DNA of 47,986 bases from Parcubacteria group bacterium 21-54-25 (GCA_002255585.1 NCBJ01000001.1:1-47986), one strand, 5' to 3'. Counted from the first letter of the stretch, positions 1-10,513 are shown. The notes: generated by a model from the letters alone, not told the origin. Made by a program: numbers and translations.

Positions 1-69
1 CGAGCGCGTCGCCGCATCCAATAACGTGCCCGCCGATTCCCCAGATGTCTCCCGGTTGGATAACGCGGG

Positions 70-1302
70 TCATACGAGGGTGGCTTTGCTGTTGGTAAAT
101 GCCTCCCACCTATCGAGGCAGACGGTGGCGAAAATTGGATCTTGCTCGACGCCACGCCATTTGCGGTTCAACTGCTCGCACGCGATCAGGTCGCTTCCGC
201 TCCCCGCGAAGCCGGAAAACACGATATGACCCGGAGCGCTGCATCGCTTGATCGGACGCTCGTTCAGGGTCACTGGCTTTTGCGTCGGATGCTCGTATGA
301 TTGCGCGTTGTCCCGTTTCTCGATCCAGAGATCAATCATGTCGAGTATCTCGTCGTGCACCTGATTGCCACTCCCGATCTCTTTGTTCAGAATCTCGTTC
401 GTGTTCGTGAGGCCGCGGTTGAGATAGGGCTTGCCCCGTGTGCCGTACACGCACGGCTCGTATGCCTTGTTGAAGGCCACCTGCGGGGTCATGTTGAAGT
501 TGTTCTTGATCCAGAGGCAGACACGCTTGTTGTCGATGCCGTTCTGCCGATAGAGCGTCTGGAGGAGCCAGAGATATCGTTCATCGGCCCAGTAGAAGAG
601 GTGGGCGCTGGGCTTGGCGACAGCAAGAGATGTCTTTATGCTCGCGTCGATGAACGCCGCATACACAGCATCCTTTTTCGAATCCTTCGCGCCGGTATAG
701 GAGCCCTCGTATTTGCCGGAGGTGCTGATGCCTTTCGAATAATCAAGCCCGATATTGTACGGGGGATCCATGTATACGATGTCGGCGAGATCAGCGCCCA
801 TCAACCTCTTCACCTGCTCCGTGTCCGTCGAGTCGGCCACGAGAAGGCGATGCTCGCCGAGCTGCCATATCTCATCTGGCTTCACGCGAGCGACCTTCGT
901 TTCTTTGAGCGCCTTCTCGACGTCGAAATCGTCATCGATCACATCGACATCGTCGAAGAGCGCCTGGAGTTCCTCGTCGCCGAAGCCGACATCGAGGAGC
1001 AGATCCATATCCATCGCTTTGAGGAGTTCGTCATCCCAGCTACCAGTATTTTGGTTGCTGCGTAGCAGATACTCCTCGCGCTCCTTCGTGGTCAACGCGC
1101 GATTCGGTACGCGCACGTCTATCTCTTCCTCTCCGCGCCCGACTAGTTGCATCGCCTTGAGGCGCTGATGCCCGGCAAGGATCGTGTTGTCCGTATCGAT
1201 TGCCGGTAGGTACCTATGTGCCTGTATTATATAGGCAAGCAGAATCTCTGCAAGGGATCTGTGGATATCAAGGTAGCCACCCCCATTCGACCTGTCGATC
1301 AA
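70..1302 (-). CDS. ParB-like domain + beta-class N6/N4 DNA methyltransferase, probably 5'-truncated
   Basis: ILAGHQRLKA ParB-like motif, DPPY (motif IV), HPTQKP, FAGSGS (motif I). The first ~30 codons do not resemble the family and overlap the upstream gene. Confidence 0.8.
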   Translation of the reverse strand: MIDRSNGGGYLDIHRSLAEILLAYIIQAHRYLPAIDTDNTILAGHQRLKAMQLVGRGEEEIDVRVPNRALTTKEREEYLLRSNQNTGSWDDELLKAMDMDLLLDVGFGDEELQALFDDVDVIDDDFDVEKALKETKVARVKPDEIWQLGEHRLLVADSTDTEQVKRLMGADLADIVYMDPPYNIGLDYSKGISTSGKYEGSYTGAKDSKKDAVYAAFIDASIKTSLAVAKPSAHLFYWADERYLWLLQTLYRQNGIDNKRVCLWIKNNFNMTPQVAFNKAYEPCVYGTRGKPYLNRGLTNTNEILNKEIGSGNQVHDEILDMIDLWIEKRDNAQSYEHPTQKPVTLNERPIKRCSAPGHIVFSGFAGSGSDLIACEQLNRKWRGVEQDPIFATVCLDRWEAFTNSKATLV

Positions 1303-3052
1303 GGTCCTGCTTACAGCCCGGGCATTTTGCGCTGATTGAGAGACTTCCGTATTTAAGCTCGATAATAAAAGGTGCTGTGTTTAACATACGCCCGCTTAGA
1401 GTGTTACCGTGAACGAACTTACATATGACCGAGTCGCAGTTAGGACACCTCCACTCAGCATTTTTTATGTTATCCGGAGCTTCTTTCTTTTCTCTGACGC
1501 ACTCATCGCAAATCGAAGGCTGTGATTCGAAGCCGTGACGATTCGAGTCCACGTGAAGCTGAACTGGTCGCGTGCGACAGACCTTGCAAAAAGCCAATCC
1601 GATTCCTGATAAAGCTCTCCCGAATTCGCGTTCTTTTTCCTGAGACTTCTTCGCATGGTCCATAAGCTTTTTGCTTTCTTGCTGAAGCAGTGCCATTGCC
1701 TCATTACGAGGAAGACCCGCGTGTTTCGGCCAAAAGTGATGCCCTATATTTTTATGCGCTTCCCATGCGTCCAATGTAATCGCGTTTAACTGGCTGTGTA
1801 CGCCCCGGTACACCGTCAATAACGAACGCTGGATTTCATCCAGTCGATGGTCAATTATCGATTCGATAATTGACCAATCTTCTTCGTCGCGACTTTGTTT
1901 GCGCCATTGATCGAAGAGCTGTTTGGATACATCGTCTAGCTGATCGTACCGTATGCCCCCGTCTTTTCTGACGCGATAACTGCCGCCGTAACTTCGATCA
2001 CCGTATCGCTTCTCGTACTCGTCAAGTTCCGCCGTAATTGTGGTTAGTGCCTCCTGAATTTGCGGCGTGACATATTTCCCGTTCCCCCTAACGCCCACCC
2101 AGTTCTTAAACCCGACAATGCTGTGGCGCATCGCTTGCACATCGGTTCCATGTAGATATTCAACGCGTGGCGTGAGATAGCCACTGATAAGCTCTCCTTG
2201 TGTGAATTCGAGAAATGGCTTCGGTGTCTCGCCGGTCACCCGTTCCCACACGTCGGTGATGAGATCGTAAAGCCGGTAGAGACGCTGTGCGACGTGCGCG
2301 TCTCCCTTTAAGAGACTCTTCCGCTGACCCGGATGCCGTTTGACGTAGTAGTACCAGAGCTCGAGCGGATCGATGACTGCGGCGGCGCGTCCGACGTTCG
2401 CCCGCAAGATTTCGAGCTTTTTCGCGTCCAGCCCGTATTTCTTGAGCTCCTCTGGGAGAGAGGGTATTTTCGATAGGTCATGGTCAAACACTGGTGCCCT
2501 GGCGAAAATATCGATGTCCTCGTCCGTGACCGCGTACCGATCCTTTAGTGGTGTCGTATGGATAAAACGAAGGAAGTCATCGAACTGCGACGTAAACGCA
2601 TAGGGATTGAACAAGAAATCGTCGGTCTTGTTTCTCCCGGGATCGTCTTTCTTTCTTGCGCCAAATGCCATCCCGGATCCCCACGCAACATAGCGCGGTC
2701 TTTCTTCCATTGGCTTATCCGGATACCAATCAATGCTGTCCGGCGACCAAAGTACACCATTCTGAACTGCGTTCAATCGTAGCTCGGTAACTATGTAAAA
2801 TTGGAGGGGGCTGTAGTAATCGACCATGCCGATTTTCTGGCTTCCGTCAGGCTGGCGTGCGAGACCCTCAGCGGAGTATAGCGGCGTCAGGAGACCCTCG
2901 TCTATTGCGGCGTGTATGAACTGCGAGTCGAGATATCTTTTGCTGGTTGAATACTTGTTCGCATTATCGTCATCGCAGTAACCGATGAAAGAAAACTCGG
3001 GCAATAATTGCTCTTTTATCAGTAAGTCGGTGTTTCGTTTCCTGATCGCCAT
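1268..3052 (-). CDS. Hypothetical protein with C-terminal Zn-ribbon-like CxxC pairs
   Basis: 594 aa ORF with CKVC, CDEC, CPNC and CPGC in the last ~110 aa; no other family recognised. Confidence 0.65.
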   Translation of the reverse strand: MAIRKRNTDLLIKEQLLPEFSFIGYCDDDNANKYSTSKRYLDSQFIHAAIDEGLLTPLYSAEGLARQPDGSQKIGMVDYYSPLQFYIVTELRLNAVQNGVLWSPDSIDWYPDKPMEERPRYVAWGSGMAFGARKKDDPGRNKTDDFLFNPYAFTSQFDDFLRFIHTTPLKDRYAVTDEDIDIFARAPVFDHDLSKIPSLPEELKKYGLDAKKLEILRANVGRAAAVIDPLELWYYYVKRHPGQRKSLLKGDAHVAQRLYRLYDLITDVWERVTGETPKPFLEFTQGELISGYLTPRVEYLHGTDVQAMRHSIVGFKNWVGVRGNGKYVTPQIQEALTTITAELDEYEKRYGDRSYGGSYRVRKDGGIRYDQLDDVSKQLFDQWRKQSRDEEDWSIIESIIDHRLDEIQRSLLTVYRGVHSQLNAITLDAWEAHKNIGHHFWPKHAGLPRNEAMALLQQESKKLMDHAKKSQEKEREFGRALSGIGLAFCKVCRTRPVQLHVDSNRHGFESQPSICDECVREKKEAPDNIKNAEWRCPNCDSVICKFVHGNTLSGRMLNTAPFIIELKYGSLSISAKCPGCKQDLDRQVEWGWLP

Positions 3053-3079
3053 GTAGTTAGAGTCTTGTTGTAAATGTAT

Positions 3080-4243
3080 TTATCGATTTCCTTTTGCTCG
3101 ATTGTGAGTCTTACACAACATCTGGCAATTCTTTGCCGATGTCTTACCGCCCTTGCTCCACGCCGCCACATGGTCGGCGTCCATTTCGTCCAGTTTCCAT
3201 ATCCTGTCCTTGTTGGCATCATGCCCAACGGCGCATAGCGGGCAGTTTGCAGTGTGTTTCTTTTCTGCCGCAGCCGTCTGTGTCGCGTAAGTCGCTTTCT
3301 TGGTCGCGTCGTCAAACACGCGCACTTCTAGCAGTTTAGTATCGGTAGAGCCGCCGAGGATATACTCAAAAATACCTTTGCGATTTTTGATGTACGGATC
3401 GGCATAGAGCTTGTGGCGCTCGGCTGATACCTTCTTAGGGTCGTAAGATTTTTTGTGGTATGTCTCGTACAGTCGGCCCCACTCCAGTCCACGCATCTCG
3501 CTTTCCACATCGGTAAAGACGCTGGAAACCCAGTCAATTACGCTGTTGAAATAGGTTTTTAATTCTTTAATATTCTCGTCTTTGCGGTGCTTGCTCATGT
3601 ATTCGCGAATATTGCCTCTGCTCACCCAATCTAGTGCGGCATGCAAAAAATCTTGGCGATTAACACTCCCTTTTGTATATGTATTCCATTTCTGAATGTT
3701 GGAGTTTTGATTATTACTGAACTCTTCTTTCGCAAGCGTTACAAACGGGCCATAATACACGGCATTGCTTTTCTCTTGATCATTGAGTGGAATACCTACA
3801 ATGTTGATAGTTTCAAACCAATTCATGATGTCGGTTTCCTCGCCTTCACATTCATAAATTGTTAGCTTCGTGTTCTCAATTTTTGCTCGTTTTTCTCGTG
3901 CCAAGCCGCTAAAATTCTGGGGCATACCATTTTCGTCTTGGATGGCAAACTTACCGGCAATAAATCGCCCAATGCTAGTGATGCGTTGCTGTCCGTCCAA
4001 AACTTCAAACTTGCCCTTACCCACTTTATTAAAATAGATCAAGCCTATTGGATATTCTTTTAGTATCGATTCAATCACTGCCGCTTCTTTTCCTGCTTCG
4101 GCATAGATAAAATTACGCTGGTACGGCGGCTGAATGATGAGCTTGCCGGACAACCCGAACAACCCCTTGCCCTCGAGTTCGTTATAGACAAACCCCTCGC
4201 AAATTTCCTTGATTGTGATGTTAGTTTTTAAAGTTGTCTTCAT
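3080..4243 (-). CDS. DUF262 + HNH endonuclease (GmrSD-like architecture)
   Basis: PPYQR, LDGQQR and FETIN DUF262 motifs; C-terminal [26 protein letters not shown]. Confidence 0.85.
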   Translation of the reverse strand: MKTTLKTNITIKEICEGFVYNELEGKGLFGLSGKLIIQPPYQRNFIYAEAGKEAAVIESILKEYPIGLIYFNKVGKGKFEVLDGQQRITSIGRFIAGKFAIQDENGMPQNFSGLAREKRAKIENTKLTIYECEGEETDIMNWFETINIVGIPLNDQEKSNAVYYGPFVTLAKEEFSNNQNSNIQKWNTYTKGSVNRQDFLHAALDWVSRGNIREYMSKHRKDENIKELKTYFNSVIDWVSSVFTDVESEMRGLEWGRLYETYHKKSYDPKKVSAERHKLYADPYIKNRKGIFEYILGGSTDTKLLEVRVFDDATKKATYATQTAAAEKKHTANCPLCAVGHDANKDRIWKLDEMDADHVAAWSKGGKTSAKNCQMLCKTHNRAKGNR

Positions 4244-5436
4244 TTTATTGGTTTTTTATGTTTGATAAGTACTCTTTGATAGACCTTCTCCAATAAACCA
4301 TCCCGAGCAACCACTCCGCTTGCGTTCAAGTCATAAGTTCCTTTTTTCCCGAATTTGTCTAAATACGCCTGTTTACATTCTGCGGTTGTGTACACTTTTG
4401 TCTTTAGTTTATACAAATCCCCATTCTCACACATCCCAACAATCTTAAACTGCTCAGGGCTATATTTATCAAGAATACTCACCGGCACCCCCATTATGCC
4501 GCTGTAATCGCTCGGCATATTCTTTACCAATGACACCTCTATTGCATCATAATTATCATACTTCTCAAACGGCTTTTTCGTTACGAACTTAATCACCTCC
4601 GACTTGGTCATGAGTGGTAGTGGTTGGTGACGGCGCCCATGATCAAGGTTGGTGAACCAGCGAACACCTTGCACTCGAGTGACATACACCTTTTCCCCAC
4701 TTTCGTTGGTTTTTATTTCACGGACTTGCTCCAAATTTGCAATCTTTTCAGGTATTTCAAAAAACATGGCGCCAGCATTGACTTTGTAATTATTACCTAA
4801 CCATACTTTATTCTGTTTAAGCAATGGAAATACTTCCTTGTAGGTAATTGCGTTCAAATTACCGATAATCAAGAACTTTTTATCATAACGAACAAGTTGT
4901 TTTATATATTGGCGAAACAGACTGAACGGTGGATTAGTTACCACGATGTCGGATTGTTTCAGTAGATTTACAGATTCATCGCTACGAAAGTCGCCGTCGC
5001 CATCAAGCGGCGTCCACTCGTTGTGTTTGTTTACCTTTAACTGCTTGGCAACATCCTTCATGTTGAATCCGCCATCTCCATCTATGTCATGCACTTCGTT
5101 GATAATAAATTTGTTGGCGGTTATTTTAGGACGGCCTTTTAATTTCGTGAGGGTCTTGTCATCGCCAAACAATTTAAGTTGTGTGTTGGCAACGGGCGAG
5201 GGCTTATAGCTGGTGGTGATAAGCTGTTTCAATCCGAGCTTATTGAAATTGAGCACAAAATATCGAAAGAAATTACTCTCGAATGGATCGTCGCAGTTGC
5301 AATAAATCACCTTGTCGCGAAAGACATCGGGGTTATATTCCAGATACGCTTCAATCTCTTTCTGAATATCGCTGTACTGGGTATAAAACTCGTCGTTCTT
5401 TACTTTTTTTGCATTACCGAGGTTGATGTTTGCCAT
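4240..5436 (-). CDS. EcoRI-family adenine-specific DNA methyltransferase
   Basis: KNDEFYT, YCNCDDP, GDGDFRS and VVTNPPFS motifs; 4-nt overlap with the nuclease gene. Confidence 0.85.
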   Translation of the reverse strand: MANINLGNAKKVKNDEFYTQYSDIQKEIEAYLEYNPDVFRDKVIYCNCDDPFESNFFRYFVLNFNKLGLKQLITTSYKPSPVANTQLKLFGDDKTLTKLKGRPKITANKFIINEVHDIDGDGGFNMKDVAKQLKVNKHNEWTPLDGDGDFRSDESVNLLKQSDIVVTNPPFSLFRQYIKQLVRYDKKFLIIGNLNAITYKEVFPLLKQNKVWLGNNYKVNAGAMFFEIPEKIANLEQVREIKTNESGEKVYVTRVQGVRWFTNLDHGRRHQPLPLMTKSEVIKFVTKKPFEKYDNYDAIEVSLVKNMPSDYSGIMGVPVSILDKYSPEQFKIVGMCENGDLYKLKTKVYTTAECKQAYLDKFGKKGTYDLNASGVVARDGLLEKVYQRVLIKHKKPIK

Positions 5437-5438
5437 AG

Positions 5439-5606
5439 TTATTTCGTGCTGGTCTTTTTCAGAAACCGCTCAAGCTCGGATTTCTCGATGCGGAAGTCTT
5501 TGCCAATCTTATGCGCCTGAAGTCTGCCTGCCTTGATGTACCGATAGATGGTCATGATATTGACCTTCAGTATCTCGGCCACCTCCTTGGCCGTGTAGAA
5601 TTCCGA
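5439..5606 (-). pseudogene. Excisionase-family (HTH_17) DNA-binding protein, start lost
   Basis: Manual translation SEFYTAKEVAEILKVNIMTIYRYIKAGRLQAHKIGKDFRIEKSELERFL. An in-frame TAG (5607-5609) lies directly upstream and there is no upstream ATG. Confidence 0.7.
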
Positions 5607-5625
5607 CTAAGCCAGCCGTATAGTT

Positions 5626-6132
5626 CTATTCTGGCGCAATGTTCGCTTTCGCCGCGCTCATGGTCTTCGTTTCTTTCAAGCCGAGAATGGCGACAGACAG
5701 GGCGTAGGCGAGAGCTGCCGCCGCGATTGCGATGACGAACGAAGCGAGGATATCAATCGGGTGATGCACGGCAGCTAACACACGTGCGACTCCGACGAGA
5801 ATGGCGAGCGCCCATAGCAATGCCCCGATCCGTCGATTGAATACCGTGACGATTGCCGCAAGCGTTCCCATGAGAAGCGCATGGTCGGACGGGAATCCGT
5901 TATCGGCCGCATGGGAGATGAGCGGGACGACGTGAAGGACGACAAACGGGCGAGGGTCGTAGTAGAGGAAGCCGGCAATGAGACTGGAGAGGTAGCTGAG
6001 CGGGAGCGCGAAAGCGGAGAGGAGGAAGAATCGCCACCGCGCGGCACCGCGTATATAGAAAAAGTAACCGACAAAGATTGCGACGGCTACGAGATATGCA
6101 TACGAAGCGGTTAAGACGATTATGTTGTCCAT
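5626..6132 (-). CDS. PAP2-family phosphatase (BcrC-like undecaprenyl-diphosphatase)
   Basis: PRPF, FPSDH and ARV..AVHHPID motifs; hydrophobic. Confidence 0.8.
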   Translation of the reverse strand: MDNIIVLTASYAYLVAVAIFVGYFFYIRGAARWRFFLLSAFALPLSYLSSLIAGFLYYDPRPFVVLHVVPLISHAADNGFPSDHALLMGTLAAIVTVFNRRIGALLWALAILVGVARVLAAVHHPIDILASFVIAIAAAALAYALSVAILGLKETKTMSAAKANIAPE

Positions 6133-6189
6133 GATCTATGACTCATCAGTATACATCGTGGGATTGCCCTCCTATTCCCCGGCGTTCTA

Positions 6190-6552
6190 ATGAATTTGGC
6201 AATGACACTTGTCCAGAACGAGTACATCGAAGACCCGCACGACTTCCTCGCTACGCATCTCCAGCACGCGCTGCCTGCGTTCCTCGCGCAGTCCGGCTGG
6301 TTCGTCGCCCTCTATCTCGTGAGCCATGGCCTCATCAAGATAGTCCTGGTCGCCGGACTCCTCCGCGACAAGCTTTGGGCGTATCCGTCCGCCATCATCG
6401 TGTTCGGATTGTTCATCGTATATCAGCTCTATCGCTACGTCTTCACGCACTCCATCTTCCTCCTCGTGCTCACCGTGCTCGATCTTGTCGTCATTTGGCT
6501 CACTTGGCACGAATACCGCTATTTCAAGAAGTACCGCGTGTTCGCGCAGTGA
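6190..6552 (+). CDS. DUF2127-like membrane protein (possibly 5'-truncated)
   Basis: EDPHDFLA, YLVSHGLIK and LWAYP motifs; several TM segments. Confidence 0.6.
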   Translation: MNLAMTLVQNEYIEDPHDFLATHLQHALPAFLAQSGWFVALYLVSHGLIKIVLVAGLLRDKLWAYPSAIIVFGLFIVYQLYRYVFTHSIFLLVLTVLDLVVIWLTWHEYRYFKKYRVFAQ

Positions 6553-6558
6553 CACGAG

Positions 6559-7248
6559 CTACCGCAGATCTTTCTTCTTGGACTCGAACTCCGCCTTTTC
6601 GATTTCGCCCTTGGCGTAGCGTTCCTTGAGAATATCGAGGCTCCCGTGACCATGACGACGATGCATAAGCCAGCGAACCAAAAATACGACACCGACGGCA
6701 ACGAGAATCCACCATCCTATTTCGAGCAACCAACCAAAAGGGCTGTATCCGAAGCCATAGGAGATGCCGCCCCCGGGATATCCGTACCCCATCATCCCCC
6801 AACCACCCATCATGGAAGGAAAGAAATTTTCTCCACCTTGCGGGTAAGCCGCAGAAGGATTGCAGCCGGAGAGGCGCTCTCCCATCGCGATGTGCATCTG
6901 CTCGTCGCCTTGCGCGCCGAGCGCATAGGTCATCTGTTGATCCGCGGCCTCATGCGCGCTCCCCATCATCGCGCCCATGAAATAGTCGCCGAGGGAGGCA
7001 AAGTCGCTGTTGGTGAGTTGGTTGCAGGAAATCTGTTTCGCCGACAGCTGATTCCAAAGCGTTTGTCCGGCAACGTCGGAGCTGGAAGTGGCCGCACTTG
7101 AACTCGCGGCACTCTCGTACCCATATCCACCCATCATGCCACCGTATCCGTTGTATCCATACCCGTACATCATCTGTGCGTGCGCGATGCCGGTGAATGG
7201 CACTATCGCGAAGAGCGCGATGGCGAAACTGAGAAGCGTTGTTTTCAT
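6559..7248 (-). CDS. Secreted/membrane Met-Gly-rich protein with C-terminal SHOCT domain
   Basis: Signal peptide from MKTTLL, GMMGGYG repeats, LDILKERYAKGEI SHOCT motif. Confidence 0.7.
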   Translation of the reverse strand: MKTTLLSFAIALFAIVPFTGIAHAQMMYGYGYNGYGGMMGGYGYESAASSSAATSSSDVAGQTLWNQLSAKQISCNQLTNSDFASLGDYFMGAMMGSAHEAADQQMTYALGAQGDEQMHIAMGERLSGCNPSAAYPQGGENFFPSMMGGWGMMGYGYPGGGISYGFGYSPFGWLLEIGWWILVAVGVVFLVRWLMHRRHGHGSLDILKERYAKGEIEKAEFESKKKDLR

Positions 7249-7292
7249 ACAAAAAAGTGATTGTGTTAATAATGCGCCCATTGACCGAGGAC

Positions 7293-7310
7293 ACCCCCTA
7301 GGGGTATTCT
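7293..7310 (+). promoter_or_regulatory. Putative CsoR operator overlapping the -10 of csoR
   Basis: ACCCCCTAGGGGT C-tract/G-tract pseudo-palindrome overlapping TATTCT, which ends 6 nt before the ATG. Confidence 0.6.
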
Positions 7311-7316
7311 AGGCTC

Positions 7317-7586
7317 ATGAACAAAAACGTCAAGAGCAAGGTGGTGCGCAGACTGAAAACCATCGAGGGCCAGGTACGAGGGCTTCAGAAGCTCGTCGAG
7401 AACGATACATACTGCATAGACATCATCACGCAAACCTCGGCCGTACGCTCCGCGCTCTCGGCGGTCGAAGACGCCATGCTTGAGAATCACCTTTCCACGC
7501 ATGTGGTCGAACAGATGAAGGGCGGTTCGCAGGCGAAAGCGATTCGGGAAATTTTATCCGTGTATAAGGTGTCGAAGAAGAAATAA
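7317..7586 (+). CDS. csoR: CsoR/RcnR-family metal-sensing repressor
   Basis: RRLKTIEGQVRGL..YCIDIITQ..LENHL. Confidence 0.85.
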   Translation: MNKNVKSKVVRRLKTIEGQVRGLQKLVENDTYCIDIITQTSAVRSALSAVEDAMLENHLSTHVVEQMKGGSQAKAIREILSVYKVSKKK

Positions 7587-7598
7587 CCAACGTACTAC

Positions 7599-7982
7599 AT
7601 GAACTACAGCATCCAAAAAAGAATTGCGGGCACTTTTGCAGAAGCGGTGGAGAAGACTAAGGCGGCACTCGCGACTGAAGGGTTCGGCGTGCTCACGGAG
7701 ATAGACGTGGCGGCGACAATGAAGAAAAAGCTGGATGTCGAGTTCGACAACTACCTTATACTTGGCGCATGCAATCCAACACTCGCGCACCAGGCGCTCC
7801 AGGCGGAGAAAGAAATCGGCCTCTTCCTGCCTTGCAATGTCATCGTGTACGAAAACGAGGGCGGCGTGGTCGTGTCCGCGATACGGCCGACTGCGGCAAT
7901 GAGTATGGTACACAACGAACGGTTAGGCGGAATCGCCCGAGAAGCGGAAAAGAGATTACGCGCCGCAGTAGATAGCATATGA
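7599..7982 (+). CDS. DUF302 protein
   Basis: GFGVLTEIDV, ILGACNP, LPCNVIV. Confidence 0.85.
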   Translation: MNYSIQKRIAGTFAEAVEKTKAALATEGFGVLTEIDVAATMKKKLDVEFDNYLILGACNPTLAHQALQAEKEIGLFLPCNVIVYENEGGVVVSAIRPTAAMSMVHNERLGGIAREAEKRLRAAVDSI

Positions 7983-10021
7983 GCGACGTACCGCGTATAA
8001 CCTGTCACAACCATCATCAGAACGAGCACGGTGCGCATACACACTCAGGAGGTCACGGCATGGGACACGGTTCGGCGCAGAGTTATTTGCGCCGCTTCTG
8101 GATCGTCACGGCGCTTCTCATTCCGCTCGCGCTCACCAATCCGCCCGTCGCGGCATTCCTGCACATTCCACCACTCGCGCTCGGGCCGTGGATACAATTC
8201 GGTCTTGCGACAATCATCTTCGGCTTCGCGCTCGTGTTTTTCCAACATGCGTGGCACGAGATAAAGGCCCGCGCGTTCGGCATGATGACACTCGTCTCGC
8301 TCGCGGTTGGTGCGGGCTACGCGTTCTCCGTCGTGGCGACCTTCGTCCCCTCGCTCGGCGTGCAGTTTTATCTTGAAATCTCCACGCTGGTCTGGGTGCT
8401 CCTCTTCGGTCACTATCTTGAAGCGAAGTCGAGCTCGGCCGCCGGTGACGCGCTCGCGGAAGTGGCTAGGCTCTTGCCGAAGCAGGCACACAAGCTCGTG
8501 AATGGCACCCCGACGGAAGTAGACATAGCCGAACTCAAAGAGGGCGACACTGTGCTCGTGAAGCCGGGGGAGAAAATCCCGGCAGACGGTGAGGTCGTCG
8601 ATGGACTCTCGAACGTGGACGAATCGCTCGTTTCCGGCGAATCGAGACCGATCGAAAAACAGAAGGGCGGCAACGTCGTGGCAGGTTCCATCGCGCTCGA
8701 CGGCGCACTCACCGTGCGTCTCTCGCGTGTCGGCGAGCACTCTACTATCGGTCAGATTCAGTCGCTCATAGCCTCGGCGCAAATGACTAAGCCGCGTCAG
8801 GCGCGCATCGCCGACACCGCCTCGGCTGTCCTCACCTTCGCCGCGCTCGGTGTCGCGCTTCTCACGCTCTTGGTATGGACCCTTGTAATTGGCCAACCGT
8901 TCGCCTTTGCAGTCACGCTCGCCATCACCGTGCTCGTTATCGCCTGTCCGCACGCGCTCGGACTCGCCATTCCGACCGTCACGACCATTGCCACCTCGCT
9001 CTCGGTGAAGAATGGTGTCTTCATAAAAAATCTTGCAAAGATAGAGACGATACGAAAGGCGGATTATGTGGTCTTCGATAAAACCGGCACGCTCACCAAA
9101 GGCACGTTTGGCGTCACGGGCATCGAATCATTCGGCGACGTCTCAAAAGACGACGTGCTTCGTATCGCCGCCTCGCTTGAACAGAATTCATCGCATGTGA
9201 TCGGAGCGTCCATTGTCGCGTATGCAAAGAAGCGAGACCTATCGCTCGCGCCAGTGAGCGACTTCGAGAATCTAGCAGGCAAGGGCATCCGAGCAACTGT
9301 GGACGGCACTCGCTACGCAGTTGGCAACCGAGCGCTCGTAGAGGAGTCACACGTTCCGCTCGACGAAGCTACGTCCGCGTTCGAGCGGTTCTCCAAAGAC
9401 GGTGCGACAACAGTGTTCGTTTCCGACACAAAGCGCGTCCTTGGTCTTATCGCGCTTGCGGACGAAGTGAAGCCGGAGTCAAAGGAGACGGTGCGGAAGC
9501 TCCACAACCTCGGCCTCAAGGTCGCTATGCTCACGGGCGACAACGAGCAGGTTGCAGCCGCCGTTGCCCGCGAACTCGCCATAGACACTCACTTCGCACA
9601 GGTGCTTCCCGAGGACAAGTACGCCCGTATCAAAGAGCTCCAGAAGAAAGGAAATGTCGTACTGATGGTGGGCGACGGCGTGAATGACGCCCCCGCTCTT
9701 ACCCAGGCCGACGTGGGTATCGCCATCGGCGCGGGCACGGACGTGGCGGTCGAAGCGGGAGACGTGGTGCTCACGCGAAGCAACCCGGGCGACATCGTGC
9801 GGCTCATCATCCTCGCCCGAGCCGTATACGCGAAGATGCTTCAGAATCTCTGGTGGGCCCTTGGCTACAATATTCTTGCCATCCCAGCAGCCGCGGGCGT
9901 TTTCGCCGCATGGGGATTCTTTCTGCGGCCCGAAATCGGTGCGCTCCTCATGAGCGCATCTACGGTCGTTGTTGTTATGAACGCGATGAGTCTTCGTCGT
10001 CTTAATCTGGAGCGCGCGTAA
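7979..10021 (+). CDS. copB: Copper-translocating P1B-type ATPase (CPH motif, His-rich N-terminus)
   Basis: SGES, IACPHALG, DKTGT, MVGDGVNDAP, YN and MSAS motifs. Confidence 0.9.
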   Translation: MSDVPRITCHNHHQNEHGAHTHSGGHGMGHGSAQSYLRRFWIVTALLIPLALTNPPVAAFLHIPPLALGPWIQFGLATIIFGFALVFFQHAWHEIKARAFGMMTLVSLAVGAGYAFSVVATFVPSLGVQFYLEISTLVWVLLFGHYLEAKSSSAAGDALAEVARLLPKQAHKLVNGTPTEVDIAELKEGDTVLVKPGEKIPADGEVVDGLSNVDESLVSGESRPIEKQKGGNVVAGSIALDGALTVRLSRVGEHSTIGQIQSLIASAQMTKPRQARIADTASAVLTFAALGVALLTLLVWTLVIGQPFAFAVTLAITVLVIACPHALGLAIPTVTTIATSLSVKNGVFIKNLAKIETIRKADYVVFDKTGTLTKGTFGVTGIESFGDVSKDDVLRIAASLEQNSSHVIGASIVAYAKKRDLSLAPVSDFENLAGKGIRATVDGTRYAVGNRALVEESHVPLDEATSAFERFSKDGATTVFVSDTKRVLGLIALADEVKPESKETVRKLHNLGLKVAMLTGDNEQVAAAVARELAIDTHFAQVLPEDKYARIKELQKKGNVVLMVGDGVNDAPALTQADVGIAIGAGTDVAVEAGDVVLTRSNPGDIVRLIILARAVYAKMLQNLWWALGYNILAIPAAAGVFAAWGFFLRPEIGALLMSASTVVVVMNAMSLRRLNLERA

Positions 10022-10037
10022 GTTATACTGAAAATAC

Positions 10038-10446
10038 ATGCGTTCTCTCGAGGATAAGTCGTTCGCCGTTCTCCGCATCGTGTTCGGTCACCATGGGGGC
10101 GCAGGGGCAGTCCGCGCTTGTACAGGCGTGGATACATCTTTGGGTGTATGGCGTCTCCGTCGATCCGCATCTCTTCGGCATCATCGTCGCGCTCGCGGAA
10201 ACCACCATCGCCATCGGTCTTATATTCGGTCTCTTCACGAAAGTCGCCATGGCTGGCGGCATCGCGATGACGCTCGTCATCTGGAGTACCGCCGAAGGAT
10301 TCGGCGGCCCCTATGTCGCCGGTTCTACCGATATCGGTGCGGCGATTATCTACGTCATTGTCTTCATCGCGCTCTGGCTCGGCAAGAGCTGGCGCGAGTA
10401 CAGCCTCGATGCGCGTCTCAAGAACGTGGTGCCGTTTCTGTTTTAG
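10038..10446 (+). pseudogene. DoxX/DoxD-like membrane protein with internal deletion and frameshift
   Basis: The N-terminus MRSLEDKSFAVLRIVFG and the body GAQGQ..AETTIAIGLIFG..EGFGGPY..TDIG are in different frames, joined near 10090. Confidence 0.6.
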
Positions 10447-10467
10447 TGGTGGTAACATTCGCCGCAG

Positions 10468-10506
10468 TTAAAAACCCGCCGCGCGCAAAGCGCGGCGGGT
10501 TTTTAA
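10468..10506. terminator. Bidirectional intrinsic terminator
   Basis: TTAAAAACCCGCCGCGC-GCAAA-GCGCGGCGGGTTTTTAA between convergent genes. Confidence 0.8.
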
Positions 10507-10513
10507 ATCGCAA

